A stretch of DNA of 64,000 nt. It comes from Eledone cirrhosa. Taxonomy: Eukaryota. The notes below the pieces were generated by a model that saw nothing but the letters and a program-made list of their open reading frames with translations, made no database searches and had not been told where the DNA came from. The number at the start of each line of letters is the position of its first letter. Position 1 is the first letter of the stretch. Where the stretch lies: the NCBI GenBank assembly GCA_964016885.1, contig OZ024766.1, forward strand, positions 19,468,001-19,532,000. The letters are read 5' to 3'. The position numbers and the translations under genes are program-made. Shown here in pieces: positions 43,571 to 59,121 of the stretch.

Positions 43571-44962
43571 AGTTCCAGACGTCGGACCTTCAATGTATCC
43601 ATACCCAGGGAGGCAAGGCATTCAGAGTATGGTAGATACTTGATGGAGGGTATTCACTTGGTTGCACGTCTCTAAACAATTTCCAGATCAATGTTCTGAG
43701 CAAGACAGGGGTTCCAGACTGGTGATGCAAATTCTAAGTGTGGCCGCACCATAGCTATTTACAGCTTTAAATAGATAGATAAATGCATGGTCGTACACTT
43801 GTACACAGCCAGCTTGAGTTGCCAGTCCGTGGTCCATTGCTGCATTGTGTCCAGATCTATAGTGTTCAGGATCTGTCCTATTTATCTCAAAGGACAGCTT
43901 GATGTCATCTGCATATTTCAGTACTGTGACACTCTTTAAGTTGCCATCTATGTCATTAATAGATGTGTAACGGAATTCTCCTATAAATTACTTGCCGAAT
44001 CTAAAAGTTCTCGCATCTGGGACCACCTATCGTTGCGAGTTTCCCACCATTGTCCTGTCAAGAGACAACAATGATGAACATACATGCCACTTGACCTGTG
44101 ACCCCAGCTTCAAGATAGCTGAAACTCACATGGCTACTCATAAATCAACCCTGTATACACATCCTTCTAGCTATAGGGTTATTATAAATACAAGTACAAA
44201 GGGAATCCAGCAGCCAGACCACGAAGCAGTAGTCCTTAAGAGAATAATGATGTGAAACATTCACATTCTACAGACCTCTTGGTGTCTACAGACTTCTACT
44301 GACCTCTCTGGACCTTTTACTCTATCTCTCTCTCCTGGCCTTACTGGCTCTCACCTTCTTGGCCACAGACTACACCACCAAACAAGAGAGACCGAAGCAC
44401 CAGTCCTTGAGAGGAATAACAAATACTAAGGATACACACACACTCAGTAGGTTTCATTATACTGTTTACTTCTGTGTTTTATCTATTCTTTTGTCTTCCT
44501 GTTGAATCACTTCTCGTGTATCGTTGTATTGATACATACATACACGCTAGCTCGAAGTAGCTAGTCAGCAAATTGATGTAGTGATAATTCCTGTCACAAA
44601 TTTTTATTACTTGATATTCAATGTAGCAACAAGTTAATATTGTTATTGTAAAATAAACATTGTCAACATCACAATTCTGGCATTATTCTTTTTATCATTC
44701 ATACACAGAAGAATACATTTATCCACTACATATGCAACAAACAAAAGGGGACACAAATTTCTACACACATACATTCACATATATATAGCGTATGTAAATT
44801 CTGAACGATACAGATTTGTCAGCACAAGTCTTGGTTACAACTTCTACAAATAAAATGAAAGAAGAATTTTTTAGTAAAACAGTTTTATTCAAAATATTAA
44901 CGTTGGTGGCACTATTTTGGGTGAGTGATATGGTTTTTATCTTGTCTGAAAGTAATCTTTAC

Positions 44963-46040
44963 AAGAGAATGATTTACCACAGACATAACAGTGATATAGT
45001 TCCTCTCCTGTATATGTTAGTGTGTAGTGAAGCCCCAACATTTAGACAATGATTTACTGCAGACATTACAGTGATATGGTTCCTCTCCTGTATATGTTAG
45101 TGTCTAGTGAAGCCACAACATTTAGACAATGATTTACCACAGACATCACAGTGATATAGTTCCTCTCCTGTATATGTTAGTGTCTAGTGAAGCCAAAACA
45201 TTTAGACAATGATTTACCACAGACATCACAGTGATATAGTTCCTCTCCTGTATATGTTAGTGTGTAGTGAAGCCACAACATTTAGACAATGATTTACCAC
45301 AGACATCACAGTGATATAGTTCCTCTCCTGTATATGTTAGTGTCTAGTGAAGCCACAATATTTAGAGAAGGATTTACTGCAGACATCACAGTGATATAGT
45401 TCCTCTCCTGTATATGTTAGTGTCTAGTGAAGCCACAACATTTAGACAATGATTTGCCAGACATCACAGTGATATGGTTCCTCTCCTGTATATGCTAGAG
45501 TCTAGTGAAGCCCCAACATTTAGACAATGATTTACTGCAGACATTACAGTGATATGGTTCCTCTCCTGTATATGATAGTGTCTAATGAAGCCACAACATT
45601 TAGACAATGATTTACTGCAGACATTACAGTGATATGGTTTCTCTCCTGTATATGTTAGTGTCTAGTGAAGCCACAATATTTAGAGAAGGATTTACTGCAG
45701 ACATTACAGTGATATGGTTCCTCTCCTGTATATGTTAGTGTCTTGTGAAGCCACAACATTTAGACAATGATTTACCACAGACATCACAGTGATATAGTTC
45801 CTCTCCTGTATATGTTGGTGTCTAGTAAAGCCACAATATTTAGAGAATGATTTCCCACAGATATCACAGTGATATAGTTCCTCTCCTGTCTGTATATGCT
45901 TGTGTCTAGTTGAACAAGCTATCATGGATAACAATTTGCCACAAATATTACAGTGATTGGCTTTTCTCCAGTATATATATGTTTGTATGAAGTTAAGTAG
46001 CAATGAAAGAGAATAGCACAGTGGCATGGCTTCTCATATG
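44963..46040 (-). repeat. Zinc-finger-derived 80-bp satellite, unit 7 (12 motifs)
   Basis: TCCTCTCCTG at 45001, 45081, 45161, 45241, 45321, 45401, then ~45479-45879 at 80-bp period. Confidence 0.9.
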
Positions 46041-46091
46041 AATGTATTTGTGTTTAATTCACCATTGTCAGACAATGAGATATTTTTTTGG

Positions 46092-47369
46092 TTATGGGTT
46101 CTCAGTCATATGGGTACGTTTGTGTCTAGTTAAGGTACCACCTTCAGTGAATGATTTACCACAGATATCACAGTGGTATGGCTTGTCTCCTGTATGGGTA
46201 CGTAAGTGTTTAGTTAAGCTACTTCTTTCAGTGAATGATATACCACAGGTATCACAGTGGTATGGCTTGTCTCCTGTATGTATACGTTTGTGTCTAGTTA
46301 ATGTACCATTTATAAAGAATGATTTACCACAGATATCACAGTGGTATGGCTTGTCTCCTGTATGGGTACGTAAGTGTGAAGTTAAGTTACTACTATCAGA
46401 GAATGATTTACCACAGATATCACAGTGGTATGGCTGGTCTCCTGTATGTATACGTTTGTGTCTAGTTAAGGTACTACTAACAGAGAATGATATACCACAG
46501 ATATCACAGTGGTATGGCTTGTCGCCTGTATGTATACGTTTGTGTGTAGTTAAGTGACTACTATCAGAGAATGATTTACCACAGATATCACAGAGGTGTG
46601 GCTTCTCTCCTGTATGTATACGTTTGTGGGAAGTTAAGTGGCTACTTTGAGAGAATGATTTACCACAGACATCGCAGTGGTATGGCTTGTCTGCTGTATG
46701 GGTATATTTGTGTTTAGTTAAGTCACTACTATCAGAGAATGATATACCACAGATATCACAGTGGTATGGCTTGTCTCCTGTATGTATACGTATGTGTCTA
46801 GTTAAGGTACTACTTCGAGAGAATGATTTACCACAGATATCACAGTGGTGTGGCTTCTCTCCTGTATGCATACGTTTGTGGCAAGTTAACTGACCACTTT
46901 GAGAGAATGATTTACCACAGATATCGCAGTGGTATGGCTTGTCTCCTGTATGTATACGTTTGTGTGGAATTAACTGACCATTTCGAGAGAATGATTTACC
47001 ACAGATTTCGCAGTGGTATGGCTTGTCTCCTGTATGTATACGATTGTGGCAAGTTAAGTGGCTACTTTGAGAGAATGATTTACCACAGATATCACAATGG
47101 TATGGCTTGTCTCCTGTATGTGTACGTTTGTGTGGAATTAACTGACCACTTCCAGAGAATGATTTACCACAGATTTCGCAGTGGTATGGCTTGTCTCCTG
47201 TATGTATACGTATGTGTCTAGTTAAGTTACTACTTATATAGAATGATTTACCACAGACATCACAGTGATATGGTTTCTCTCCTCTAGACTTTGGCATCTC
47301 TTCTGGAATAGCTATATCTCTAGACAATGTTTCACATTTAATCTTCTTTTCACTCAATTTAGTTTCCAT
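46092..47369 (-). CDS. Poly-C2H2 zinc-finger protein, unit 7 (14 fingers)
   Basis: 425-aa ORF, near-identical finger order to unit 4. Confidence 0.93.
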   Translation of the reverse strand: METKLSEKKIKCETLSRDIAIPEEMPKSRGEKPYHCDVCGKSFYISSNLTRHIRIHTGDKPYHCEICGKSFSGSGQLIPHKRTHTGDKPYHCDICGKSFSQSSHLTCHNRIHTGDKPYHCEICGKSFSRNGQLIPHKRIHTGDKPYHCDICGKSFSQSGQLTCHKRMHTGEKPHHCDICGKSFSRSSTLTRHIRIHTGDKPYHCDICGISFSDSSDLTKHKYTHTADKPYHCDVCGKSFSQSSHLTSHKRIHTGEKPHLCDICGKSFSDSSHLTTHKRIHTGDKPYHCDICGISFSVSSTLTRHKRIHTGDQPYHCDICGKSFSDSSNLTSHLRTHTGDKPYHCDICGKSFFINGTLTRHKRIHTGDKPYHCDTCGISFTERSSLTKHLRTHTGDKPYHCDICGKSFTEGGTLTRHKRTHMTENP

Positions 47370-48677
47370 GTTTCTTCTTACCTTGGCAGAATTTACAGAT
47401 GTTATTCTTGTCTTATTTTATATATTATATTCCTGAAGATATTTCTTCTGCTATATTTCCGGCAACGGTGATCTCAGTCAAGATCTGAAGATGATGCAAA
47501 CTTCTTTCTGATCCAAGTTTAGTTAAGATTCAAAATAATCTTGTAAATATTTCAGATGCTGATGAAACAATACTTTTCCAAGACACACAGTTCTGAGGAA
47601 ATATCTCACACTAATTCTGCCGTAGATTTATATAAACAGTGTTATATGAGTTCTGTATCAAAACCTTTAGTCTTGAAATGATGATAAATAGAGGGGATGT
47701 ATTCAAGATTAAAAAATTATTTTATCCCAATGTCATTTGATATTCTGAAATAAGAAAGAAACATGATGAGACAATAGAGAATACTTTAGAAACAGAGATA
47801 GATTTAACATTGGAAATTTTATATTTCTATATTGATAAACCAGATATCAACTTTCCTGTCCAGAGTTATTCTCTCCAATGTAAGCAGTGATATTCCACGA
47901 TGCTCTATAAACTATATCCTTCTAACTTTTGGGAGGTCTGCCCTATAGCCTTTACCCAAGAACTTCATTCTTATATGACATTCTAACATGGTAATTGTCT
48001 GAGACCTGAGATGTGTAACTTGACAGTTCCTTGAGTAACAGTTCTTTCTACCTGGAAGAGAAAAAGTGCTGTGTAATTGCTTGATAACAGTCAAAGGATT
48101 CTCACACATGGCTACCCTAGGCACCCCAATAACATGACTTGTGTTAGGCTTGTAGACACAATTAGTGGGAATTTTTATTCGTAGGGATTACATAATTTAA
48201 GCACTATTTTTTATCTTTTCTGTTTGGATGCCTTTACTCTCATCAACCACTTTACAGCAAGGACTGGGTGTACTGTTTGTGACACTAGAGAGGTTATTTT
48301 AATGGTCTTAAGAGCTCATATACATACATATATATACATATGTATAAATATTTATATGTCTATACTTATATATACATATATATATATACATATAAATTTC
48401 ACCAGATAGAAAACCCGAATTAGTCATTTAGTTTACATAATGAGACCACAACCCATCCTATTTATTTTAAATGGGTGGGGTGAATTAAGAGTGGGGAGGT
48501 GGTGTAAAAAATCTGAAAATTAAATGAGTGAGGGAGGGGGGAAATTATTTGAGACCTAAGCGAGGGTAGGGGACAATTATTTGAGTCCAAAGTGAGGGTG
48601 GTGAACGATTATTTCAGAAAAAAGTGAGGGTGGGGAACGATTATTTGAGACCAAAGTGAAGGTGGGGGACAATTATT

Positions 48678-48965
48678 TGAGCTACACACACATCTACTGA
48701 GTTACACACACATCTACTGAGTTATACACACATCTACTGAGTTATATGCATCTAATGAGTTACACACACACACATCTACTGAGTTACACACACATCTACT
48801 GAGTTACATACACATCTACTGAGTTACACACACATTTACTGAGTTACATACACATCTACAGAGTTACACACACATCTACTGAGTTATACACACATCTACT
48901 GAGTTATACACACATCTACTGAGTTACACACACATCTACTGAGTTATACACACATCTACATAGTT
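48678..48965 (+). repeat. 20-bp minisatellite, unit 7 (shortest)
   Basis: Same consensus, ~14 copies. Confidence 0.97.
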
Positions 48966-49291
48966 ATATTTATAAATATACACATTATACAAAATAATTA
49001 TTATATACACTCACATCTATGAATGATTGAGGAAGAGCTGGTGAAACACTATAGCAATATGTGTGTTTCACCCATTTTGGTTTTACCGGCTACATAGCCT
49101 ATCCGTATTCTTATATCAGATGTGTAGGTGTATTATCTTGTCTAGTTTGTATAATGTATGTATACAATATATATACACATATATATATATTCATATATAC
49201 ATGAATACATATATATATATATATACACATATATTTATATATACATATTTATATATACATATATATACTTTATATATATATATATATATAT

Positions 49292-49334
<43 letters not shown>

Positions 49335-50113
49335 TTTATATATATAAAGTATATAAATATTTAGGCAGAAAATACGGGAAAAATTAGTCAGAAATATTTT
49401 AAATATAAAACGGAATAAATTAATGAAAGAAACGTAAAAAAGATAAAAATTGTTGAAATACCTTGAAAATATAAAATATAGAAGAAAGAGACAGGAATTG
49501 ATTGAGTTTGAAGTAAATTAATGAATGAACGAAAGTAGGTGGGGCAGGAACAGGAAGTAAAGACAGTAGAGTCTCGCAGTGAATGGTAAGGTTTAGAGTA
49601 AGAATTATTTAATTCCTGGTTGTATAAATAACATTACAAATTATACTGATACGAATAATGTGCTGTAGAAAATATATATATATATATATATTTATTAAAA
49701 TAACAGATTAAAGTTTAAGCAAAGAATCGCTGCTTTCACCCTTAACGGGATCTTCTGAAACTAACAAAGTCAATCTGTAAACGCAGAACTGGATATATAT
49801 ATATATATATATATATACACCAGGTTCAAAAAAGATATAGAGAAAGTACAGGTTCGCAGTGAATATCACAAGAATTATTTTATTCCTAGTTTTGTAAATA
49901 ACATTACAAATTATACTTAGATGAAAAATGTGCAGTAGTAAATATATATATACATACACATAAATATGTATATATATACATACACATAAATATGTGTATA
50001 TATATACACATAAATATGTGTAAATATATACACATAAATATGTGTATATATATACACATAAATATGTGTATATATATACACATAAATATGTGTATATATA
50101 TATATACACATAA

Positions 50114-50144
<31 letters not shown>

Positions 50145-50181
50145 CACATAAATATGTGTATATACATATATATATATATAT

Positions 50182-50595
50182 AGAATTACCAATGAATACA
50201 GTGAAGAATTTAGTATAAAAGTTGGTGTTCATCAAAGCTCAGTCCTTAGCCCCCTCCTATTTATTATTGCCCTTCAGGCTAAAACAGAGGAGTTTAAGAC
50301 AGGCTGCCCATGAGAACTTCTATACGCAGATTATCTAACAGCTGAACTAGATAAGAAATTCCAAACATGGAAGCATGGCCTAGAATCAAAAGGCCTTAAA
50401 GTTAACTTGACTAAGACTAATGTTCTAGTTTGTAGGAAGGAAAATAGGGCACAGGTGTAGGAAAGGAGTAGGTAGAAATTCCATTTTATCTCCCAAATAC
50501 AAACTATGGGTACATAACAGACGTACTGGGAACACAGGCCAGCTATCTAAGAACGTAGATTTTATATGTGGCTGATGCTCAGGTGCAATAAGTAG
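50182..50595 (+). mobile_element. Old RTE LINE RT fragment copy with a small internal deletion
   Basis: Retains YAD (TACGCAGAT); lacks the GKWPCS segment. Confidence 0.85.
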
Positions 50596-50749
50596 CAAGT
50601 TCCAGATGTCAGACCTTCAATGTATCCATACCCAGGGAGGCAAGGCATTCAGAGTATGGTAGATGGTTGATGGAGCGTATTCACTTGATTGCACGTCTCT
50701 AAACAATTTCCAGGTGGTCAATAATCTGAGCAAGATAGGGGTTCCAGAC

Positions 50750-51180
50750 TGGTGATTCAATTTCTAAGTGTGGCCGCACCATAGCTATTTACAGCTTTAA
50801 ATAGATAGATAAATGCATGGTCGTACACTTGTACACAGCCAGCTTCAGTTGCCAGTCCGTGGTCCATTGCTGCATTGTGTCCAGATCTATAGTGTTCAGG
50901 ATCTGTCCTTTTTATCTTAATAGACAGCTTGATGTCATCTGCATATTTCAGTACTGTGACACTCTTTAAGTTGCCATCTATGTCATTAAAATATGTCAAC
51001 AGAATTCTCCTATAAATTACCTGGCGAAGATTCAAAACCGAATCTAAAAGTTCTCGCATCTGGGACCACCTATCGTTGCGAGTTTCCCACCATTGTCCTG
51101 TCAAGAGACAACAATGATGAACATACATGCCACTTGACCTGTGACCCCAGCTTCAAGATAGCTGAAACTCACATGGCTAC
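50750..51180 (-). mobile_element. Degenerate CR1-like LINE RT fragment (copies at ~14700-15130, 21470-21900, 27890-28010, 35880-36310, 43720-44140)
   Basis: FNDID...LKYADDIKL and, in another frame, QWTTDWQLKLAVYKCTTMH, like CR1-type WxxxWQLxxNxxKCxxMH. Confidence 0.72.
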
Positions 51181-52408
51181 TCATAAATCAACCCTGTATA
51201 CACATCCTTCTAGCTATAGGGTAATTATAAATACAAGTACAAAGGGAATCCAGCAGCCAGACCACAAAGCAGTAGTGCTTGAGGGAATAATGATGTGAAA
51301 CATTCACGTTCTACAGACCCCTTGGGGTCTACAGACTTCTACTGACCTTTTACTATATCCCTCTCTCCTGGCCTTACTGGCTCTCACTTTCTTGGCCACA
51401 GACTACACCACCAAACAAGAGAGACCGAAGCAGCAGTCCTTGAGAGGAATAACAAATACTAAGGATACACACACACTCAGTAGGTTTCATTATACTGTTT
51501 ACTACTGTGTTTTATCTATTATTTCGTCTTCCTGTTGAATCACTTCTATTGTATCGTTGTATTGATACATACATACACGCTAGCTCGAAGTAGCTAGTCA
51601 GCAAATTGATGTAGTGATAATTCCTGTCACAAATTTTATTACTTGATATTCAATGTAGCAACAAGTTAATATTGTTATTGTAAAATAAACATTGTCAACA
51701 TCACAATTCTGGCATTATTCTTTTTATCATTCATACACAAAAGAATACATTTATCCACTACATATGCAACAAATAAATGGGGACACAAATTTCAACACAC
51801 ATACATTCACATATATATAGCGTATGTAAATTCTGAACGATACAGATTTGTCAGCACAAGTCTTGGTTACAACTTCTACAAATGAAATGAAAGGGGAAGA
51901 ATTTCTTAGTAAAACAGTTTTATTCAAAATATTAACATTGGTGGCACTATTTTGGGTGAGTGATATGGTTTTTATCTTGTCTGAAAGTAATCTTTACAAG
52001 AGAATGATTTACCACAGACATCACAGTGATATAGTTCCTCTCCTGTAAATGTTAGTATCTAGTGAAGCCACAACATTTAGAGAAGGATTTACTGCAGACA
52101 TCACAGTGATATAGTTCCTCTCCTGTAAACGTTAGTGCCGAATGAAGTGAGTTATTTCAGAGAATGATTTCCCACAGATATCACAGTGATATGGTCTCTC
52201 TCCTGTATGTATATGTTTGTGTCTAGTTGAACAAGCTATCATGGATAACAATTTACCACAAATATTACAGTGATTGGCTTTTCTCCAGTATATATATGTT
52301 TGTATGAAGTTAAGTAGCAATGAAAGAGAATTGCACAGTGGCATGGCTTCTCATATGAATGTATTTGTGTTTAATTCACCATTTTCAGACAATGAGATAT
52401 TTTTTTGG

Positions 52409-53602
52409 TTATGGGTTCTCACCCATATGGGTATATTTGTGCCTAGTTAAACTACTTGATACAGAGAATGATTTACCACAGATATCGCAGTGGTATGACT
52501 TGTCTCCTGTATGGGTACGTATGTGTTTAGTTAAGTTACTACTTGCAGAGAAGGATTTGCCACAGATATCGCAGTGGTATGGCCTGTCTCCTGTATGTAT
52601 ACGTAAGTGTTTAGTTAAGGTACTACTTACAGAGAATGATTTACCACAGATATCACAGTGGTATGGCTTGTCTCCTGTATGGGTACGTTTGTGTGCAGTT
52701 AAACTACTTGATACAGAGAACGATTTACCACAGATATCACAGTGGTATGACTTGTCTCCTGTATGGGTACGTAAGTGTTTAATTAAGGTACTACTATCAG
52801 AGAATGATTTACGACAGATATCACAGTGGTATGGCCTGTCTCCTGTATGTATACGTTTGTGTCTACTTAAGTTACTACTTCCAGAGAATGATATACCACA
52901 GATATCACAGTGGTATGGTTTGTCTCCAGTGTGGGTACGTTCGTGTTTAGTTAAGGTACCACCTTCAGAGAATGATTTACCACAGATATTACAGTGGTAT
53001 GGCTTGTCTCCTGTATGGGGACGTAAATGTGTAGTTAACTTACTACTATCAGAGAATGATTTACCAGAGATATCGCAGCGGTATGGCCTGTCTCCTGTAT
53101 GGGTACGTTTGTGTTTAGTTAAGGTACCACCTTCAGAGAATGATTTACCACAGATATCGCAGCGATATGGCCTGTCTCCTGTATGGGTACGTTTGTGTCT
53201 AGTTAAGGTACCACTTTCAGAGAATGATTTACCACAGATTTCGCAGTGGTATGGCTTGTCTCTTGAATGTGTACGTTTGTGGCAAGTTAAGTTACTACTA
53301 TCAGAGAATGATCTACCACAGATATCACAGTGGTATGGCTTGTCTCCTGTATGTATACGTTTGTGTCTAGTTAAGTCACTACTTTGAGAGAATGATTTAC
53401 CACAGATATCACAGTGGTATGGCTTGTCTCCTGTATGTGTACGTTTGTGTGGAATTAACTGACCATTTTGAGAGAATGATTTACCACAGACACCACAGTG
53501 ATATGGTTTCTCTCCTCTAGACTCTGGCATCTCTGCTGGAATAGCCATATCTCTAGACAATGTTTCACATTTAATCTTCTTCACACTCAATTTCGTTTCC
53601 AT
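52409..53602 (-). CDS. Poly-C2H2 zinc-finger protein, unit 8 (copy of unit 1, 13 fingers)
   Basis: 397 aa; differs from unit 1 only at KSFF vs KSFS in finger 7. Confidence 0.92.
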   Translation of the reverse strand: METKLSVKKIKCETLSRDMAIPAEMPESRGEKPYHCGVCGKSFSQNGQLIPHKRTHTGDKPYHCDICGKSFSQSSDLTRHKRIHTGDKPYHCDICGRSFSDSSNLTCHKRTHSRDKPYHCEICGKSFSESGTLTRHKRTHTGDRPYRCDICGKSFSEGGTLTKHKRTHTGDRPYRCDISGKSFSDSSKLTTHLRPHTGDKPYHCNICGKSFSEGGTLTKHERTHTGDKPYHCDICGISFSGSSNLSRHKRIHTGDRPYHCDICRKSFSDSSTLIKHLRTHTGDKSYHCDICGKSFSVSSSLTAHKRTHTGDKPYHCDICGKSFSVSSTLTKHLRIHTGDRPYHCDICGKSFSASSNLTKHIRTHTGDKSYHCDICGKSFSVSSSLTRHKYTHMGENP

Positions 53603-54278
53603 GTTTCTTCTTCCCTTAGCAGAATTTACAGATGTTATTCTCGTCTTATTTTATATATTATATTCGTGAAGATATTTCTTCTGCTATATTTCCGGCAACG
53701 GTGATCTCAGTCAAGATCTGAAGATGATGTAAACTTCTTTCTGATCCAAGTTTAGTTAAGATTTGAAATCATCTTGTAAATATTTCAGATGCTGATGAAA
53801 CAATACTTTTCCAAGAGACACAGTTCTGAGGAAATATTTCACAGTAATTCTGCCATAGATTTATATAAACAGTGTTATATGAGTTCCGTATCAAAAGCTT
53901 TAGTCTTGAAATGATGATAAATAGAGGGGATGTATTCAAGATTAAAAAAATAATTTTATCCCAATGTCATCTGATATTCTGAAATAAGAAAAAAACAGTA
54001 TGAGATAATAGAGAATACTTTAGAAACAGAGATAGATTTAACATTGGAAATTTTATATTTCTATATTGATAAACTGTAGATATCAACTTTCCTGTCCAGA
54101 GTAATTCTCTCTATTTTTTATCTTTTCTGTTTGGATGCCTTTCCACTCATCAACCACTTTACAGCAAGGACTGGGTGTATTGTTTGTGGCACTAGAGAGG
54201 TTATTTTAATGGTCTTAAGAGCTCATATATATACATACATATATATATACATATGTGTAGATATTTATATATATATAC

Positions 54279-54325
<47 letters not shown>

Positions 54326-54616
54326 CATATAAATTTCACCAGAGATAGAACACCAGAATTAGTCATTTAGTTTACATAATGAGACCACAACACATCCTAG
54401 TTATTTTAAATGGGTGGGATGAATTAAGAGTAGGGTGGTGGTGTAAAAAATCTGAGAATTAAATGAGTGAGGGTGGGGGAAAATTATTTGAGACCTAAGC
54501 TAGGGTAGGGGACAATTATTTGAGACGAAAGTGAGGGTGGGGAACGATTATTTCAGAAAAAAGTGAGGGTGGGGGACAATTATTTGAGACCAAAATGAGG
54601 GTGGGGGACAATTATT

Positions 54617-55446
54617 TGAGTTACACACACATCTGCTGAGTTACACACACATCTACTGTGTTACATACACATCTACTGAGTTATACACACATCTACTGAG
54701 TTATATACATCTAATGAGTTACACACACATCTACTGAGTTACACACACATCCACTGAGCTACACACACATCTACTGAGTTACACACACATCTACTGAGTT
54801 ACACAAACATCTACTGAGTTACACAAACATCTACTGAGTTACACACACATCTACTGAGTTACATACACATCTACTGAGCTACACACACATCTGAGTTACA
54901 CACATCTACAGTTATACACACATCTACTGAGTTACACACACATCTACTGAGTTACACACACGTCTACTGAGTTACACACACATCTACTGAGCTACACACA
55001 CATCTACTGAGTTACATACACATCTACTGAGTTACACACACATCTACAGAGTTACATACACATCTACTGAGTTACACACACATCTACAGAGTTACATACA
55101 CATCTACTGAGTTACACACACATCTACTGAGTTACACACACATCTACTGGGTTACACACACATCTACTGAGTTACATACACATCTACTGAGTTATACACA
55201 CATTTACTGAGCTACACACACATCAACTGAGTTACACACACATCTACTGAGTTACACACACATCTACTGAGTTACACACACGTCTACTGAGTTACATACA
55301 CATCTGAGTTACACACACATCTACAGAGTTACATACACATCTACTGAGTTACACACACATCTACTGAGTTACACACACATCTACAGAGTTACACACACAT
55401 CTACAGAGTTACATACACATCTACTGAGTTACACACACATCTACTC
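54617..55446 (+). repeat. 20-bp minisatellite, unit 8
   Basis: As unit 1 plus about 3 extra monomers, two of them an ACACAAAC variant. Confidence 0.97.
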
Positions 55447-56087
55447 ATACATATTTATAAATAGACACATTATACAAAATAATTATTATATACACTCACA
55501 TCTATGAATGATTGAGGAAGAGCTGGTGAAACACTATAGCAATATGTGTTTCACCCCTTTTGGTTTTACCAGCTACATAGCCTATCCGTATTCTTATATC
55601 AGATGTGTAGGTGTATTATCTTGTCTAGTATGTATAATGTATGTATGTATATATACAATACATATACACATATATATATGCATATATACATGAATACATA
55701 TATATATATATACATATATTTATACTTTATATATATATATATACTTTATATATATAAAGTATATATAAATATTTAGACAGAAAATACGGGAAAAATTAGT
55801 CAGAAATATTTTAAATATAAAACGGAATAAATTAATGAAAGAAACGTAAAACAGATAAAAATTGTTGAAATACCTTGAAAATATAAAATATAGAAGAAAG
55901 AGGCAGGAATTGATTGAGTTTGAAGTAAATTAATGAATGAACGAAAGTAGGTGGGGCAGGAACAGGAAGTAAAGACAGTAGAGTCTCGCAGTAAATGGTA
56001 AGGTTTAGAGTAAGAATTATTTTATTCCTGGTTGTATAAATAACATTACAAATAGCACAAATATCAAATAGATAAAAATATATATAC

Positions 56088-56140
<53 letters not shown>

Positions 56141-56360
56141 GTCCGAACAGCAAGTACAGTCTCGCAGTGAATGGTAAGTGTTAGGGGAAGAATTATTTTA
56201 TTCCTGGTTGTATAAATAACATTAAAAATATCAAATAGATAAAAAAAATATACGTACACATATATTTTACCTTTCTCTCTCTATATATATATATATACGT
56301 AAACACACATACTCTATGGTGCAACACAAAAAATATGTGTATATATATATATATAGTGAA

Positions 56361-56392
<32 letters not shown>

Positions 56393-57243
56393 GTGAATAT
56401 CATTTCACACCTTTTATTGTGAAGATTTTTGATGTTCTAAGAGAACCGATTTTACTGAAAATATCGAATAATGTACACCATTTTACCAGGGGAAAAAATA
56501 CTGGTCTACCCACCCACACACATATAAACACACACACACACACGCGTACATTAACATACAAAGAGACTTATACACACACACACACTTCTCCGTATAAGAC
56601 AAAAGCTGAAAAATATCTTTTGACATGCTAAAATACCCCCCACTGCTTACAGACACATTCCTACTGACCATCCCGCTACCATGAATTACTCTGCTATACA
56701 CACACACACACACACTTATCTTAATAGCCAATTGACACACATCCCTGCTAACCATTATCACAACATCGAACACTTTACTACTACTACACACACACACACA
56801 TATTTGTTGTGAAAGAGACATTTCTCAGTCTTGGCGCAAAATCAATTTTTTATTCACATGACCTCTACCGACCAATCAAAATTGTTTGGACCACAAGAAT
56901 TTTTGCAACACCAAATAGTGCTGGAGCAACTTTTTTTAGCATAAAAACAGGTAGAATTCCCAAAACTAATCAGATCAGAGCAAACAACACGGACACTCCA
57001 TCTCAAAATTATTTTTGAAAAGTATCTAGAAATGCGCAATCGGTAATAACTTAAAAACACAACTGAATACTAACCCATACAATTACTAATACTCTTTTAT
57101 TCCTAATTAAACCATCTTTAAACTGAACAATTTGTCAGCATTTTCTAACCTGTTTACAAATAAATAAAACAAACAAACAAACAAACAAACAAACAGACAA
57201 ACAAACAAACAAACAAACAAACAAACAAACAAACAAACAAACA

Positions 57244-57311
<68 letters not shown>

Positions 57312-57318
57312 GATAGAT

Positions 57319-57594
57319 AGGCACATGGCTTAATTGTTAGAGCATTGACCTTGCAATGGAAAGGTTGTGAGTTCAATTCTCAGACCAGGTGGTGTGTTTT
57401 TTCCTTGAGCAAGACAATTTATTAAACATTGCTCCAGTTTACTCAGCTGTAGAAATGTGATGATAGGGACTGAGATCCATATAATTCCACTGCAAAAAAG
57501 CACCCACCACTCACTGTAAATGAAGTTGGTGTTAGGAAGGGCATCCAGCTGTAGAAATCAAGCCAGAATCAGTTCCCATCCCACCCTTGCAAGC
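57319..57594 (+). mobile_element. Copy of the 5908-6183 SINE
   Basis: Matching sequence in the second higher-order copy. Confidence 0.75.
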
Positions 57595-59121
57595 TGAATC
57601 TAAAAGTTCTCGCATCTGAGACCACCTATCGTGGCGAGTTTCCCACCATTGTCCTGTCAAGAGACAACAATGATGAACATGCATGCCACTGGACCTGTGA
57701 CCCCAGCTTCAAGATAGCTGAAACTCACATGGCTACTCATAAATCAACCTTGTATACACATCTAGCTATAGGGTTATTATAAATACAAGTATAAAGGGAA
57801 TCCAGCAGCCAGACCACGAAGCAGTAGTCCTTAAGAGAATAATGATGTGAAACATTCACGTTCTACAGACCTCTTGGGGTCTGCAGACTTCTACTGACCT
57901 TTTACTCTATCTCTCTCCTGGCTCTCACCTTCTCGGCCACAGACTACACCACCAAACAAGAGAGACCGAAGCAGCAGTCCTTGAGAGGAATAACAAATAG
58001 TAAGGATACACACACACTCAGTAGGTTTCATTATACTGTTTACTTCTGTGTTTTATCTATTCTTTTGTCTTCCTGTTGAATCACTTCTCGTGTATCGTTG
58101 TATTGATACATACATACACGCTAGCTCGAAGTAGCTAGTCAGCAAATTGATGTAGTGATAATTCCTGTCACAATTTTTATTACTTGATATTCAATGTAGC
58201 AACAAGTTAATATTGTTATTGTAAAATAAACATTGTCAACATCACAATTCTGGCATTATTCTTTTTATCATTCATACACAAAAGAATACATTTATCCACT
58301 ACATATTCAACAAACAAAAGGGGACACAAACTTCTACACACATACATTCACATATATATAACGTATGTAAATTCTGAACGATACAGATTTGTCAGCACAA
58401 GTCTTGGTTACAACTTCTACAAATAAAATGAAAGGAGAAGAATTTCTTAGTAAAACAGTTTTATTCAAAATGTTAACATTGGTGGCACTATTTTGGGTGT
58501 GTGGTATGGTTTTTATCTTGTCTGATTGTGTTGCATTAAGTAATCTTTACAAGAGAATGATTTACCACAGACATCACAGTGATAAAGTTCCTCTCCTGTA
58601 TATGTTAGTGTCTAGTGAAGCCCCAACATTTAGACAACGATTTACTGCAGACATCACAGTGATATGGTTCCTCTCCTGTATATGTTAGTGTCTAGTGAAG
58701 CCACAACATTTAGACAATGATTTACTGCAGACATTACAGTGATATAGTTCCTCTCCTGTAAATGTTAGTGTCTAGTGAAGCCACAATATTTAGAGAAGGA
58801 TTTACCACAGACATTACAGTGATATAGTTCCTCTCCTATAAATGTTAGTGCCGAATGAAGTGAGTTATTTCAGAGAATGATTTCCCACAGATATCACAGT
58901 GATATGGTTTCTCTCCTGTATGCATATGTTTGTGTCTAGTTGAACAAGCTATCATGGATAACAATTTACCACAAATATTACAGTGATTGGCTTTTCTCCA
59001 GTATATATATGTTTGTATGAAGTTAAGTAGCAATGAAAGAGAATAGCCCAGTGGCATGGCTTCTCATATGAATGTATTTGTGTTTAATTCACCATTGTCA
59101 GACATTGAGATATTTTTTTCG

